Assembly (NCBI GenBank): GCA_963666275.2
Contig: CAXXOA010000001.1
Span: 1,504,001-1,568,000, forward strand
Length of the DNA: 64,000 nucleotides
Direction: 5' to 3'
Source of the DNA: Oceanispirochaeta sp.
GTDB lineage: Bacteria; Spirochaetota; Spirochaetia; DSM-2461
Positions 10,124-20,328 of the stretch are shown here, piece by piece. The first letter of the stretch is position 1. Every line of letters starts with the position of its first letter. The notes under the pieces were generated by a model. It was not told the DNA's origin, searched no databases, and was given only the letters and a program-made list of their open reading frames with translations. The position numbers were made by a program, and so were the translations under genes.

Positions 10124-10999
10124 ATGGCAGAGATTATTGATGGAAAAAGTGTTTCCGCTGATCTGAGAGAACAGCTGAAAACAAAAGTGGAAAAGATGAA
10201 GGAATCCGGTGTGACACCGGGGCTGGCAGTAGTTCTTGTCGGGGAAGATCCCGCCAGTAGATCCTATGTTACAGCAAAAGAGAAAAGCTGCGGCGAACTG
10301 GGAATGCTCTCAAGGGATATCCGTCTTCCCGAAAGTACAAGCGAAGAAGAACTCCTGGCGCTTGTAGAAAAACTCAATGGGGATGATGAGATAGACGGCA
10401 TACTCGTTCAGCTTCCTCTTCCTTCCCATATGGACGAAAACAAGGTGATTCTGGCGATTGATCCTGCCAAGGACGTTGATGGATTCCATCCTGTGAGTGT
10501 GGGGAAAATGGTCCTTGAACAGGACACGTTTCTTCCCTGTACTCCCCACGGGATACTGAAACTGCTGGAGTTTAAAAATATCTCTCCCGCCGGAAAAAAA
10601 GTCGTGGTAGTGGGCAGGAGCAATATTGTCGGAAAGCCTATCGCCAACCTTATGATTCAGAAGCAGTCCTGGGGAAATGCCACTGTGACTGTCTGTCATA
10701 CAAGAACCGCAGATCTGAAGAAGGAAACTCTCGAAGCGGATATTCTGATTGCTGCGGCAGGACGGCCGGAAATCATTACGGGAGATATGATAAAACCCGG
10801 TGCCGTGGTCATAGACGTGGGAGTGAATAGAGTTCCCGACGAGACTAAAAAGAGAGGATACAGGCTTACCGGGGATGTCCTTTTTGGAGAAGCCGAAAAA
10901 GTGGCATCCTATATTACACCTGTTCCCGGAGGCGTCGGTCCTATGACAATCACCATGCTGCTTTATAATACAATCCAGTCAGCGGAAAAGAGACTTTAA
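10124..10999 (+). CDS. folD: Bifunctional methylenetetrahydrofolate dehydrogenase/cyclohydrolase
   Basis: ILVQLPLP, KDVDGFHP, PCTPHG, GRSNIVGKP and TPVPGGVGPMT motifs. Confidence 0.98.
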   Translation: MAEIIDGKSVSADLREQLKTKVEKMKESGVTPGLAVVLVGEDPASRSYVTAKEKSCGELGMLSRDIRLPESTSEEELLALVEKLNGDDEIDGILVQLPLPSHMDENKVILAIDPAKDVDGFHPVSVGKMVLEQDTFLPCTPHGILKLLEFKNISPAGKKVVVVGRSNIVGKPIANLMIQKQSWGNATVTVCHTRTADLKKETLEADILIAAAGRPEIITGDMIKPGAVVIDVGVNRVPDETKKRGYRLTGDVLFGEAEKVASYITPVPGGVGPMTITMLLYNTIQSAEKRL

Positions 11000-11042
11000 A
11001 GAGTGTTGCCATTACCCGGCAGGGTAGGCTAAATTGTTAATT

Positions 11043-13073
11043 ATGAAAAAAAATGTACTTATCATTGCAGCAGCTGTCCTGGCGACAGCTGTTGTTCTTT
11101 ATTCCGCTTTCAGTATTATTTCTCTCCGGAATCAGCTCAGCAGCAGTCAGCAGCAGATTGAAATTTTCATGAATCAGACCAGAGATGATCTGGGATATAT
11201 AAATGAAACTCAGGATGTGATGAAACAGAATGCTCAGCAGGTTCGGCAGTATGTGAACCTTCCGTCTCTGAATTTTCCCTCCCGGGAAACAGAGGAAACT
11301 CCCGGGCAGGAGGATTCTCCTCAATCGGGTAATTTTGAACTGGCTGCCTATGATGCGATTAGTTATCTGAACAGCTATAACAGGGATTTAACCTATATTC
11401 AGAATTTCAATGCCTTTCTGAATGGTTCTCAGTTTCGCAGTTTTCTGGAGAGTTCGGGGCTGGACCTCAGAAAAACAGGAGATTTTTCAAGGAATCTGCT
11501 GACAGATAACGAGAAGTCTCTTTTTAAAATGACCTTTGACAGAAAGGAAAAGCAGCTTGAAATATCCTCGGGAATCTTTGAGGTTTCACAGACCTTCGGC
11601 CTGGAGGATCCGGCAGTTTTTCAGTTTCTGGAAGATGAAACACAAAAACAGAAGGGGGCTCTGGATTATATTTCCGATCTGAACAGTCAGCTCAACTCTC
11701 TCTACAGGGATAGGAATTTCAGAAACTCCCTCGGAGATTTGGAGCTCTATCTGGGGGATCCTGTCTACAGAGCCGAAAATCTCATAGTCCCTGTCATCAG
11801 AAAAGATAATTCCCGGTATGCCCGGATCACGACCCATACGGCAGACGGGGTTTTCCTTTTTCAACAGACCTCTTTTACAGATCTTTCCTCTTTGAAAGAA
11901 GGGGTCCTTGAAATCCTTTCCGGGAGTGATCTGAGAACGGAAGCCGAGATTCTGGATGATCTTGTAAAATCCGAAGTGGAAACACTCCTTGAGGATGAGG
12001 CCTTTCTGGCACATCTGAATAAACTCGGCTATACCTACAGAGGACATCATCGGGAGGATAACGATTATTACTATTATGATCTCGATGATTCTGAAGGGAA
12101 TATTGCCGGGGCTCTGGCTCTTCAGAAAGAGTTCGGTGAAGTCTATCTGATGGACAGAGATGATATCCCTGTGAGATCTCTTAAAACTTTTGCTCCCGAC
12201 CATGAGCTTGTCTATTCCTTTCAGAATCAGGAACCTGTGATTTCTGATGAAATGATTACGATTCCCTCCCAGGGATCTGAGACATTCCTGCTTATCGGTT
12301 CTCATGAGCATAATGCGGATACTATGATTCTTGTCCATTTCAACAGCATCCAGGAACAGGTTTCCATGCTGAGTATTCCCAGGGATCTCTATTACAAAGG
12401 GATGAAGATCAACTCAATCTACAGGAATTACGGCCCCTCCAGGCTTATGTCTGATCTCTCCTCCATCACCGGACTGAATATCAGTAAATACATCGCCATA
12501 GATATGTACGCCTTTATTGATATGGTGAATATCCTCGGGGGGATCACAGTGGAGCTGGACGAACCTCTCATTGATCCCACCTATAAAGTCCGGGAAAACG
12601 GCCGCTGGTCCACACTGTTCTATCCTGCGGGAGAACATCACCTGGATGGGGTGGCCGCCTTGAGAATTGCCCGGTCCCGTCACACCTCTTCGGATTTTGA
12701 ACGGGCCGTGAGACAGCAGAAAGTCATTGCAGCCCTCAGGGACAGTATCGGAAGCATGGGCGTTACAGATGTAACGAAACTGTACGACTTTATGCAGATT
12801 GCCGAAAAATATCTGCTCACGAATTTTTCCACAGCAGAAATGGTTAAATACTATCTCTCCTACAAGGATTATAAAATTCGTGGACAGAACGTGCTGAATA
12901 CCGATAATGTATTATATGCCACCTATACAAATCTGTATCGGCTATCCCAGGAGGAGCAGGAAAGTGCTCTGGCTGATCCTGATTTCTATAAGGGCGGTTG
13001 GATTGTTCTTCCCAAGAATAATGACTGGAATGCCATCAGGGATTTTGTCCTTTCGATTATGCAGTCATCCTAG
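11043..13073 (+). CDS. LytR-CpsA-Psr (LCP) family protein with long N-terminal periplasmic region
   Basis: N-terminal TM plus coiled coil; C-terminal LCP motifs DTMILV, LSIPRD, KINS, ARSRH and SDFERAVRQQKV. Confidence 0.85.
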   Translation: MKKNVLIIAAAVLATAVVLYSAFSIISLRNQLSSSQQQIEIFMNQTRDDLGYINETQDVMKQNAQQVRQYVNLPSLNFPSRETEETPGQEDSPQSGNFELAAYDAISYLNSYNRDLTYIQNFNAFLNGSQFRSFLESSGLDLRKTGDFSRNLLTDNEKSLFKMTFDRKEKQLEISSGIFEVSQTFGLEDPAVFQFLEDETQKQKGALDYISDLNSQLNSLYRDRNFRNSLGDLELYLGDPVYRAENLIVPVIRKDNSRYARITTHTADGVFLFQQTSFTDLSSLKEGVLEILSGSDLRTEAEILDDLVKSEVETLLEDEAFLAHLNKLGYTYRGHHREDNDYYYYDLDDSEGNIAGALALQKEFGEVYLMDRDDIPVRSLKTFAPDHELVYSFQNQEPVISDEMITIPSQGSETFLLIGSHEHNADTMILVHFNSIQEQVSMLSIPRDLYYKGMKINSIYRNYGPSRLMSDLSSITGLNISKYIAIDMYAFIDMVNILGGITVELDEPLIDPTYKVRENGRWSTLFYPAGEHHLDGVAALRIARSRHTSSDFERAVRQQKVIAALRDSIGSMGVTDVTKLYDFMQIAEKYLLTNFSTAEMVKYYLSYKDYKIRGQNVLNTDNVLYATYTNLYRLSQEEQESALADPDFYKGGWIVLPKNNDWNAIRDFVLSIMQSS

Positions 13074-13182
13074 GGGTATCTGAGTGAAAAGGCAAAAGGG
13101 AAAATCGGCTCAGCCGGATCCCTTTCTGCCATGACAGGACAGTCTTACCACTTGAGTCGTAAAGCTGTCAAAGGAGTAGAGT

Positions 13183-13503
13183 ATGCCTTTTAAACTTTTT
13201 TCATATATTGTTGTTCTTGTATTTCTGGTGACCTTTATCGGTCTGAACCTGGGGAATACATCGGATATCAATCTCTGGTTTTCTGAAAAAGGACAGTTTC
13301 AGGAAGTCCCTATCGTTATCAGTTTTCTTATCATGTATATTCTGGGTGCACTTTCCATTGTTCCCTACATCATTGGAAATCAGTTCCGTCTGAGAAGAAA
13401 AAGAAAGGATAAAAAAAGCATTCCCTCTACCACCCCTGTCAAAATCAGCAAAAAAGGCTCAGATGAGAAAAATACCTTTCCTCAGGACTCCCAGGATAAA
13501 TAG
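13183..13503 (+). CDS. LapA-like small membrane protein
   Basis: Two TM helices with F.GLN...I.L.F..F.EVP pattern and basic tail; AGGAG RBS. Confidence 0.6.
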   Translation: MPFKLFSYIVVLVFLVTFIGLNLGNTSDINLWFSEKGQFQEVPIVISFLIMYILGALSIVPYIIGNQFRLRRKRKDKKSIPSTTPVKISKKGSDEKNTFPQDSQDK

Positions 13504-14515
13504 AGCCTGTTTTCTCACTGTTTTTTTCCTGTTCTCTTTTCTCTCTCCGGTACTGTTCGGTAGTGATCTGGACAGGGCTGCGGATCTGGAAGCGTCCGGG
13601 GACCTGGAGTCTGCCGCGGATCTATATGAAAGCTGGCTTAACAGGAGGGCAAACAGAACAGATCCCGATTACGGCAGAACTCTGCTTCATCTCTTACGAT
13701 CCGGAGGATCACCGGGGGGGCAGCTGGCTCTGCTTGAAAAATACCTTCCCTATGTCAACAATGCCTATGACAGGGAAGAGGTTCTGAAATTCGGTGCCTA
13801 TCTGGCGGAGCTTTCCGGCAATCTGGAGCTGGCAGAAAAATATTTTATCCTTCTTCAGGAAAAAGATCCCCGGTATGACTGGATCCCTTCCTATCTGAAT
13901 CTTCAGGAGGATAAGATCCGGAGTGTTGATGATCCTCTTATGTCTTCCCTTCTACTGGATGATGAAGATCATATAGCAAGCCGGCTGATCCTATATCTCC
14001 TTACTCTCTCTCTTAAGCCCGAAACGGGCAGAGAAGCAGAAAACTGGATTAGACTGGCAGAGCAGACCTATCCGTTTCTTGTGGAGCATCCTTCCTGGCT
14101 CTATCAGGTCTGGTCAGTCAGCGGGATATTCGAATTGGATGAACTGACGGATAAATATAGGGAGAGACTGATTCGGAATTTCGGAGAAAGTCCGGAATCC
14201 GGGATTGTGGAATTCAGGATCTCTCCCTACGGAAACCCTCTTTTACTCAGTGCGTACAGTTCCATCGGTGAGTCTCCCGGAGAGGAGACCCCTGCTGCCG
14301 CCGCAACGGGTGAGTTTCTTCAGCTGGGATCATTCTCAGATCTGGGCAATGCGGAATCATTGAAAGAGAATGTGGAGGGGAATACATCCTTTTCTCTCCG
14401 TATTGTCTTTCAGGATGGACTCTATAAGGTTCTGCTGCCTACGGCCTCGGCAGAGTCGGACCGTCAGAATCTGAAGCAGAGAGGATTTGACAGTTTCAGG
14501 GTGAATCTTCCCTAG
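13463..14515 (+). CDS. Exported helical-repeat protein with C-terminal SPOR domain
   Basis: Signal-like hydrophobic stretch; C-terminal FLQLGSFSDLGNAESL...YKVLL SPOR pattern. Confidence 0.75.
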   Translation: MRKIPFLRTPRINRACFLTVFFLFSFLSPVLFGSDLDRAADLEASGDLESAADLYESWLNRRANRTDPDYGRTLLHLLRSGGSPGGQLALLEKYLPYVNNAYDREEVLKFGAYLAELSGNLELAEKYFILLQEKDPRYDWIPSYLNLQEDKIRSVDDPLMSSLLLDDEDHIASRLILYLLTLSLKPETGREAENWIRLAEQTYPFLVEHPSWLYQVWSVSGIFELDELTDKYRERLIRNFGESPESGIVEFRISPYGNPLLLSAYSSIGESPGEETPAAAATGEFLQLGSFSDLGNAESLKENVEGNTSFSLRIVFQDGLYKVLLPTASAESDRQNLKQRGFDSFRVNLP

Positions 14516-16011
14516 TTTCCGTTGATTTCAATCTGTTCGTAGTGGATGGTGTCTCCGGGAATTCTTGTAAATCCTTTTGTGGTCAATGTTCCCGGTGTGA
14601 GTGTCATGGTCCTTATAATGCGGGAACTGTCTTCTGACTCCTGATACTCAACAGAATAGACATCTCTATGATCAATAAGTCCATTGTTTTTAAGATAATG
14701 CATCTCCAGTATGGATATATCATTGAGGATGAAAAACTCCATAAACCCATTGAAGAGCAGTTCATTCCCCGATTTGAGAGTAAAATAGGGAAGCTCTATA
14801 TTCAGATCTTCCCCTTTATTGTTTCTATACTGCCCAGACAGGCGGGATAGTTCCCGGGACTCTTCAATTCCCTGTCTGACCATAAGGGACTGCTGGAGGG
14901 CGGGGGTGACAGGGCTGTAGAAGCCGTCCCATTCGGTGGAACCGTGAATATTCAGTTTTATCAGATCAACTTCTTCCAGAGACAGGTAGATATCTCTTCG
15001 CTGACTGGTAATGAGGGAACTGCCCGACTGAATATTGATACCCTTGAAAATCGTCCGGAACGTGTCATTCCAGTCATAAATTTCCTGGATATTGTCTTCG
15101 GCAAATATAATCTGATTGCCCGACATATCAAAATGGATGATCTGCTTCAGCAGAGGCTGCCTGTTTCTGTTCAGATCTTCCACCTTGTACCAGGGGCCGG
15201 AAATATACGCGACAAATTCCTCCAGAGAGCTCCTGTAGATCTTTGTGAGCTGCTCTTCCTTTATGGAAAGGCCGGGGACTTTATCAATAGACGCCGGAGC
15301 GTAGATCCGTCTGCTGCGGTTCCATTTGTATGTGGTTTTAATCAGGTCCAGATTATCTTCGCTGACTTCATCAGTTTCTTCGGTAATAATCGTAAAACTT
15401 TCGTTGGTATTCTGGCCCATCCTGTAATCCTGGGACCGTTCAAAGTTTTCTATCTCAATAATTCCATTGATATTTAATGAAAGAATATTGGCCAGCTGCA
15501 ATTTTCCGGCTGCGGTGGTCACGATCGTATAGGCATCGAATGTATGATTCTGTTCCTTTGTGAATCCCGTCACTATAATTTCATTCATCGAATTCCCTGT
15601 GACATCCTGGAGCAGTACATTCAGTCCTTCGCTGCTGTCGGCGCTGATAGGGGTTTTAAGAGCTTCGTAAAATATCATGTCCTCATTGTTGTAATCCACA
15701 ACATAGAGGATCATCCGGTCCTGCTCTTCAGATGTGAGTCTCGTGAGGATAATCTGTTCGTCTTCCGTGTCAAAATCCAGGTTCAGATCGTTTGTGAGAA
15801 CCAGTTTCTCTTCCTGGGGAATCGGAATCATGGGGACCAGGAAATTCCTGTCCTCTTCCTGATTCGTCGTCTCGTCATCAATCCGGGACCGGTCCGCCCC
15901 CCCCATGGGGTTGATGACTCTGGGAGCTGTCTGAACTTCAGTATTGTTATTCCCGTCCCTGCAGGATAGGAGAATGGCTGGAAATAAAAGAAGAAAAGCA
16001 ATTTTTTTCAT
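14512..16011 (-). CDS. Pallilysin-related adhesin-like lipoprotein
   Basis: Lipobox LLSC; LNLDFDTEDEQI, DVTGNSMNEIIVTG, Y.W and GPWYK motifs recalled for this spirochaete family. Confidence 0.65.
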   Translation of the reverse strand: MKKIAFLLLFPAILLSCRDGNNNTEVQTAPRVINPMGGADRSRIDDETTNQEEDRNFLVPMIPIPQEEKLVLTNDLNLDFDTEDEQIILTRLTSEEQDRMILYVVDYNNEDMIFYEALKTPISADSSEGLNVLLQDVTGNSMNEIIVTGFTKEQNHTFDAYTIVTTAAGKLQLANILSLNINGIIEIENFERSQDYRMGQNTNESFTIITEETDEVSEDNLDLIKTTYKWNRSRRIYAPASIDKVPGLSIKEEQLTKIYRSSLEEFVAYISGPWYKVEDLNRNRQPLLKQIIHFDMSGNQIIFAEDNIQEIYDWNDTFRTIFKGINIQSGSSLITSQRRDIYLSLEEVDLIKLNIHGSTEWDGFYSPVTPALQQSLMVRQGIEESRELSRLSGQYRNNKGEDLNIELPYFTLKSGNELLFNGFMEFFILNDISILEMHYLKNNGLIDHRDVYSVEYQESEDSSRIIRTMTLTPGTLTTKGFTRIPGDTIHYEQIEINGN

Positions 16012-16044
16012 GGGCTATATTATGTTGGAGAAAATCAAAAAAAG

Positions 16045-17034
16045 CTAGTCTGTATCTTCCGGATAATAGGGGGCGAAAAAATCAAGAATCTCTTTTTTTA
16101 TTTTATCCAGAGGCTCTGTTATTTTAAAACCTGCCGCTGTGGGATGGCCTCCGCCGCCATAGCGTGAAGCCAGGGGGAGGCAGTCTATTTCGTTTTTGGT
16201 CCGGATAGAGCATCGGGTGACGCCGTTGGCATTCTCTTTGACAAAGACAGAGATCCTGACGGCGCTGCACTGAAGGGGAATATTGACAATTTCCTGGGAT
16301 TCTTCATATTTGGCCCCTGATTCAATAAGATCAGCCTTTGTCATCACTTGATAGGCCAGATGGTCTGAATAATGGAGTTCCAGGCTGGATCCTACGATGG
16401 TTCTCAGCTTCAGGGATTCAGTGGATTTGCTTTCATAGAGTTCGGAGTACACAAAATTGGGACGGGCTCCATTCTGTACCAGTTTGTGTGCAATGGAAAA
16501 TGTTTTTGCTGTTGTTTTGGGATAGATAAATGAACCTGTATCATAAACTATTCCGGCAAACATGGCTTCCGTCAGAGGTGAAAAAAAGGGGATGGAAAAA
16601 TGACGCTGAATATCATAGAGTATTTCACATGTGGAGGACGCTTCCGGCTGGAACAGGCCCTCAAAGGGGATTATATCCTCATAGTCATGGTGATCAATCA
16701 CGACAAGGTCTTTCATATTGTCAATGTTCATCTTCCCGGAAAGATGACCTATATTGCCAGGTTCGGTGTCCACAACAATCAGGATATGTTCGGATGGATT
16801 AAAAGGGAGAGGATCATCAGGAGACAGTGTGATAATAGACTGATCCGGATCCATAAAGCTGTATTTTAATTCCGTTGGATCAGAATTGACAATCCGGCTG
16901 GATTTGCCTAAATGAGTTAAAAGAGAAAATAGTACGATTTCCGATCCGATTGCATCCCCGTCAGGGGCTTCATGTGCGGTGATAATGTATTTATCATGAT
17001 CCAGGAGGTAATCACCGAATTCCGTTAGTGTCAT
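16045..17034 (-). CDS. DHH/DHHA1 phosphoesterase (NrnA-like oligoribonuclease / pAp phosphatase)
   Basis: HEAPDGDAIGS, VVDT, IDHH, GIVYDTG and GGGGHPTAAG motifs. Confidence 0.9.
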   Translation of the reverse strand: MTLTEFGDYLLDHDKYIITAHEAPDGDAIGSEIVLFSLLTHLGKSSRIVNSDPTELKYSFMDPDQSIITLSPDDPLPFNPSEHILIVVDTEPGNIGHLSGKMNIDNMKDLVVIDHHDYEDIIPFEGLFQPEASSTCEILYDIQRHFSIPFFSPLTEAMFAGIVYDTGSFIYPKTTAKTFSIAHKLVQNGARPNFVYSELYESKSTESLKLRTIVGSSLELHYSDHLAYQVMTKADLIESGAKYEESQEIVNIPLQCSAVRISVFVKENANGVTRCSIRTKNEIDCLPLASRYGGGGHPTAAGFKITEPLDKIKKEILDFFAPYYPEDTD

Positions 17035-17063
17035 TAATTGTGTCCTTGAATATAATATAGACT

Positions 17064-17702
17064 ATGGGGTCGGGAAATTCTAATTTTTGGAGAAAAAAAA
17101 TAAACACAATTGATTTAATACAGAAAAAACTTCTGCCTGTCGAATGCATCATCCCCGCGGCGGGATTTTCCTCCCGGATGGATGACTGGAAAATCCGGCT
17201 GAAAGACAAAAATGGGAAAACATTTCTGCAGGGAACAGTAGAGAAAGCTCTTGGTGTCTGTGAAAAGGTCATTCTGGTAGGAGGGTACCGTTTTGAGGAG
17301 TTGAAACACTCCTTTGAACCCCATGAAAGGCTTGTGGTCATTGAAAATCCCGGGTATGCCGGAGGGATGCTTTCGTCTATCCAGAGAGGTTTGCTTTTAG
17401 TGGAAAAAGATTTTTTCATTACTCCCGTTGATATGCCGGCACTCACCGGTGAACATTACAGAATACTCTACAGCCTTTTTGATGCCGAGCATGTTCTCAG
17501 GCCAGTTTTCAGGGGGCAGCCGGGACATCCGATACTGTGTCCCTACGGCTGCAGGAAAGATATCCTTGAACTGAAAGGAGACCGTCTGATCAAGGCTCTC
17601 AGGCACTGGGATACAAGGAAGGCTGTCTGGGAGGATTCTTCAGTGGTGGCAGATATCGATACTCCGGAGGAGTACGCCGCCTGGATCAGTTCAAACTCTT
17701 AG
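17064..17702 (+). CDS. MobA/MocA-like nucleotidyltransferase
   Basis: IIPAAGFSSRM..WK, GMLSSIQRG, PVDMP, GHP and DIDTPEEY motifs. Confidence 0.85.
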   Translation: MGSGNSNFWRKKINTIDLIQKKLLPVECIIPAAGFSSRMDDWKIRLKDKNGKTFLQGTVEKALGVCEKVILVGGYRFEELKHSFEPHERLVVIENPGYAGGMLSSIQRGLLLVEKDFFITPVDMPALTGEHYRILYSLFDAEHVLRPVFRGQPGHPILCPYGCRKDILELKGDRLIKALRHWDTRKAVWEDSSVVADIDTPEEYAAWISSNS

Positions 17703-17706
17703 AATG

Positions 17707-18333
17707 CTATAATTCCAGCCCCGCACCCAGGCTGAAGTTGTGACTGAATGACCCTTTGAAGCTGTTATCCCTGTCTCTGAACTGCTGATTGTCAGAAAAC
17801 TGGAGGGTATCATAGTTTCCCTGGTATCCCGTATAGAGGATGAGGTCCTTATTCAGTCTGTAAAGGACTTTTATCCCGCCTCCGGGGCCGAAGGAGAGAA
17901 AAAACGACTGCCCTCCGTCACCGAAAGGGTCGGTCTGCAGATAGGTATAGCCTGTATGGAGGCCCAGACCGGGCAGGAAACCCCATCTTCCGTACCAGAT
18001 GTTCCATCCGATACCGGAAGTAAAATCCATCAGAAACCCTCTGTTTTCTGAAAAATTGCCGGGAATCTGAATCAGAAGATCAGTGTAGAAGCCGAGGCGG
18101 CTGCCTATGAGACCGCAATATTCCAGGCCGATAGAGTTGATAGTGTCTTTCTTTTCCCCGGAATCATTCTGATAGTCTTCGATAAGAATTCTGGTCTCTC
18201 TGCCCGTGCTTAATCCTCCGAAATGAAACTTCTGAAGTTCGTCTTCCAGGTTCTTCTGCTCCTGGGAGTACAGACCTGTTGAGAGAAGAGTCAGGAGGAG
18301 GGTAAATAGGCAGACGGGATAAATTGTTTTCAT
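17707..18333 (-). CDS. Putative small outer-membrane beta-barrel protein
   Basis: Signal peptide; alternating G/aromatic amphipathic strands; ends SLGAGLEL. Confidence 0.55.
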   Translation of the reverse strand: MKTIYPVCLFTLLLTLLSTGLYSQEQKNLEDELQKFHFGGLSTGRETRILIEDYQNDSGEKKDTINSIGLEYCGLIGSRLGFYTDLLIQIPGNFSENRGFLMDFTSGIGWNIWYGRWGFLPGLGLHTGYTYLQTDPFGDGGQSFFLSFGPGGGIKVLYRLNKDLILYTGYQGNYDTLQFSDNQQFRDRDNSFKGSFSHNFSLGAGLEL

Positions 18334-18469
18334 AAAGATACAACCTTAAATCAATATGGCTGCCGGATCCTTCCGGGCAGAGGCTTTTCATACTTTATCA
18401 TATATTACAGGCCTCTGTCCCGAAATACTGATCCTATCCGTCTTGGAAGCTTCAGGGCAGTAGGCTGGG

Positions 18470-18505
18470 CAAAAAAAAGCTTCAACCGTTGAAGTTGAAG
18501 CTTTT
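18470..18505 (-). terminator. Terminator of the tRNA-Gly pair
   Basis: AAAAGCTTCAAC-N7-GTTGAAGCTTTT hairpin with a U run on the minus strand, just past the tRNA 3' end. Confidence 0.8.
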
Positions 18506-18511
18506 GAAAAG

Positions 18512-18583
<72 letters not shown>

Positions 18584-18649
18584 AAATTGTTGACATTTTT
18601 ACTTTCAGTAAAAAGATAAAACTTTATACCAATATATTTTTAATTGTGA

Positions 18650-18721
<72 letters not shown>

Positions 18722-18748
18722 ATTCGCTGTTGCCATCAGGCAAGGAGG

Positions 18749-18778
18749 AATATAGCAAAAAACAAGAAATGTGGTCAA
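18749..18778 (-). promoter_or_regulatory. Sigma70-type promoter for the tRNA-Gly pair
   Basis: TTGACC-N18-TATATT with extended -10 TG on the minus strand. Confidence 0.65.
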
Positions 18779-18894
18779 GACTTTTTACAAAGAAATTTTC
18801 AACCTTTCCGGATTGGCTGAAAAAACAGAAAATTCACGTAAAAATCTCTTGTCTGACCTCTTTACTTTATTCAGGGCTTTTGCCATTATTCTGT

Positions 18895-20328
18895 ATGGAA
18901 AATAGAAGTATATATCGCAACATATCCCCACTGGATCATCGTTATTATCAATCCAATAAAGATCTGTTTGAGGCACTGGCTGACAGATTGAGTGAAGAGG
19001 CTTCCGTAGCCTACTGTGTCAAGGCCGAAATGGCCCTCCTTAAGACCCACATTAAACTGCAGAATCTGGGAGATGATTCCCTTATCTCCTCTCTTGATGA
19101 AGTGGAAAAATCCATTACTCCCGAAGAAGTCTACAGAGAAGAAGAGAAGACCCAGCACAACATACGGGCCCTCGTAAACGTTATAAATAAAAAAGTACCC
19201 GAGAATCTGAAACCATGGGTGCACATGGGTGCCACTTCCGTGGATATCCTTGATACCGCCAATGCCATGAAAATGCGGGACGTCACCAGAGATGTGATCC
19301 TGCCCCTTCTTATGGAACTGCAGGAGGAACTGATCAGTATTGCTGACAGGGAAGCGGAAACCCCTCAGGTTGGCAGAACGCACGGTCAGCATGCTGTTCC
19401 TGTCACTCTGGGATTCACCATGGCTGAATATGTTTCCCGTCTGGGACAGTCCCTGGAGGAACTGGAAAGGATCTCTGCCGATCAGAGAGGAAAACTGGCT
19501 GGAGCCGTGGGCGGTTATAACGCTACGAGCATGATCACATCGGATCCTCTTGAGATGGAAGAGATGTATCTGGCCTATCTTGATCTGAAACCTTCCGAGT
19601 ATTCCACTCAGATGGTGGAACCCGAATACCTTCTCCGCCTCCTTCTGGAATACAATACGGCCTTCGGAGTGATCGCCAATCTGGCAGATGACCTGAGACA
19701 CCTTCAGCGGTCTGAAATTGATGAGGTCAGAGAGTTCTTCTCCTCTACCCAGGTCGGATCATCCACAATGCCCCAGAAAAGGAATCCCTGGAACTGTGAG
19801 CATGTGAAAAGTTTATGGAAAGCCTTTGCTCCCCGGGTCATGACCTTCTATATGGATCAGATTTCAGAGCATCAGAGAGACCTTTCCAACTCGGCATCCG
19901 CCCGTTTTCAGGCGGATTTCATTGCCGGATTTGCAGCCGCAGTGGCCAGAATGAAAAAGATTGTAGCCGGTCTTTCCGTCAATAAGGAGCAGCTGAGAAA
20001 GAATCTGACCACCCAGGGAGATTTTGTTCTGGCTGAACCCACCTATATCCTCCTGGCCATGTCCGGTGTGAACGGAGCTCATGAGATTGTCAGAAAAATT
20101 ACTCTCTCCTGTGAGAAGTCCGGAAAAACCATCAAGGAAGTTCTCCAGACAGAAGAGAAGGAGAGCTGGGAAAGGATCTGCAGTCAGCTTCATAAGGTGA
20201 CCGGACTGAGTGCGGAAGATTTCTATTCAGATCCCTCTCTCTACAGAGGAAAAACAGCAGAGAAGGCAAGAGCCCTCTGCAGTAAATATACCGAATCCAT
20301 AAAAACTATCAGGAGCAAAATCGCATGA
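18895..20328 (+). CDS. purB: Adenylosuccinate lyase
   Basis: ISPLDHRY, ATSVDILD, GRTHGQHA and SSTMPQKRNP motifs. Start corrected to ATG 18895 because the longer ORF runs through the tRNA. Confidence 0.95.
   Translation: MENRSIYRNISPLDHRYYQSNKDLFEALADRLSEEASVAYCVKAEMALLKTHIKLQNLGDDSLISSLDEVEKSITPEEVYREEEKTQHNIRALVNVINKKVPENLKPWVHMGATSVDILDTANAMKMRDVTRDVILPLLMELQEELISIADREAETPQVGRTHGQHAVPVTLGFTMAEYVSRLGQSLEELERISADQRGKLAGAVGGYNATSMITSDPLEMEEMYLAYLDLKPSEYSTQMVEPEYLLRLLLEYNTAFGVIANLADDLRHLQRSEIDEVREFFSSTQVGSSTMPQKRNPWNCEHVKSLWKAFAPRVMTFYMDQISEHQRDLSNSASARFQADFIAGFAAAVARMKKIVAGLSVNKEQLRKNLTTQGDFVLAEPTYILLAMSGVNGAHEIVRKITLSCEKSGKTIKEVLQTEEKESWERICSQLHKVTGLSAEDFYSDPSLYRGKTAEKARALCSKYTESIKTIRSKIA

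Noticed and set aside
14512..16011. HEXXH metalloprotease activity as described for T. pallidum pallilysin
   Set aside because: No HEXXH motif in the translation.
18780..18894. Purine riboswitch upstream of purB
   Set aside because: No aptamer-like sequence or terminator; the promoter appears to abut the start codon.
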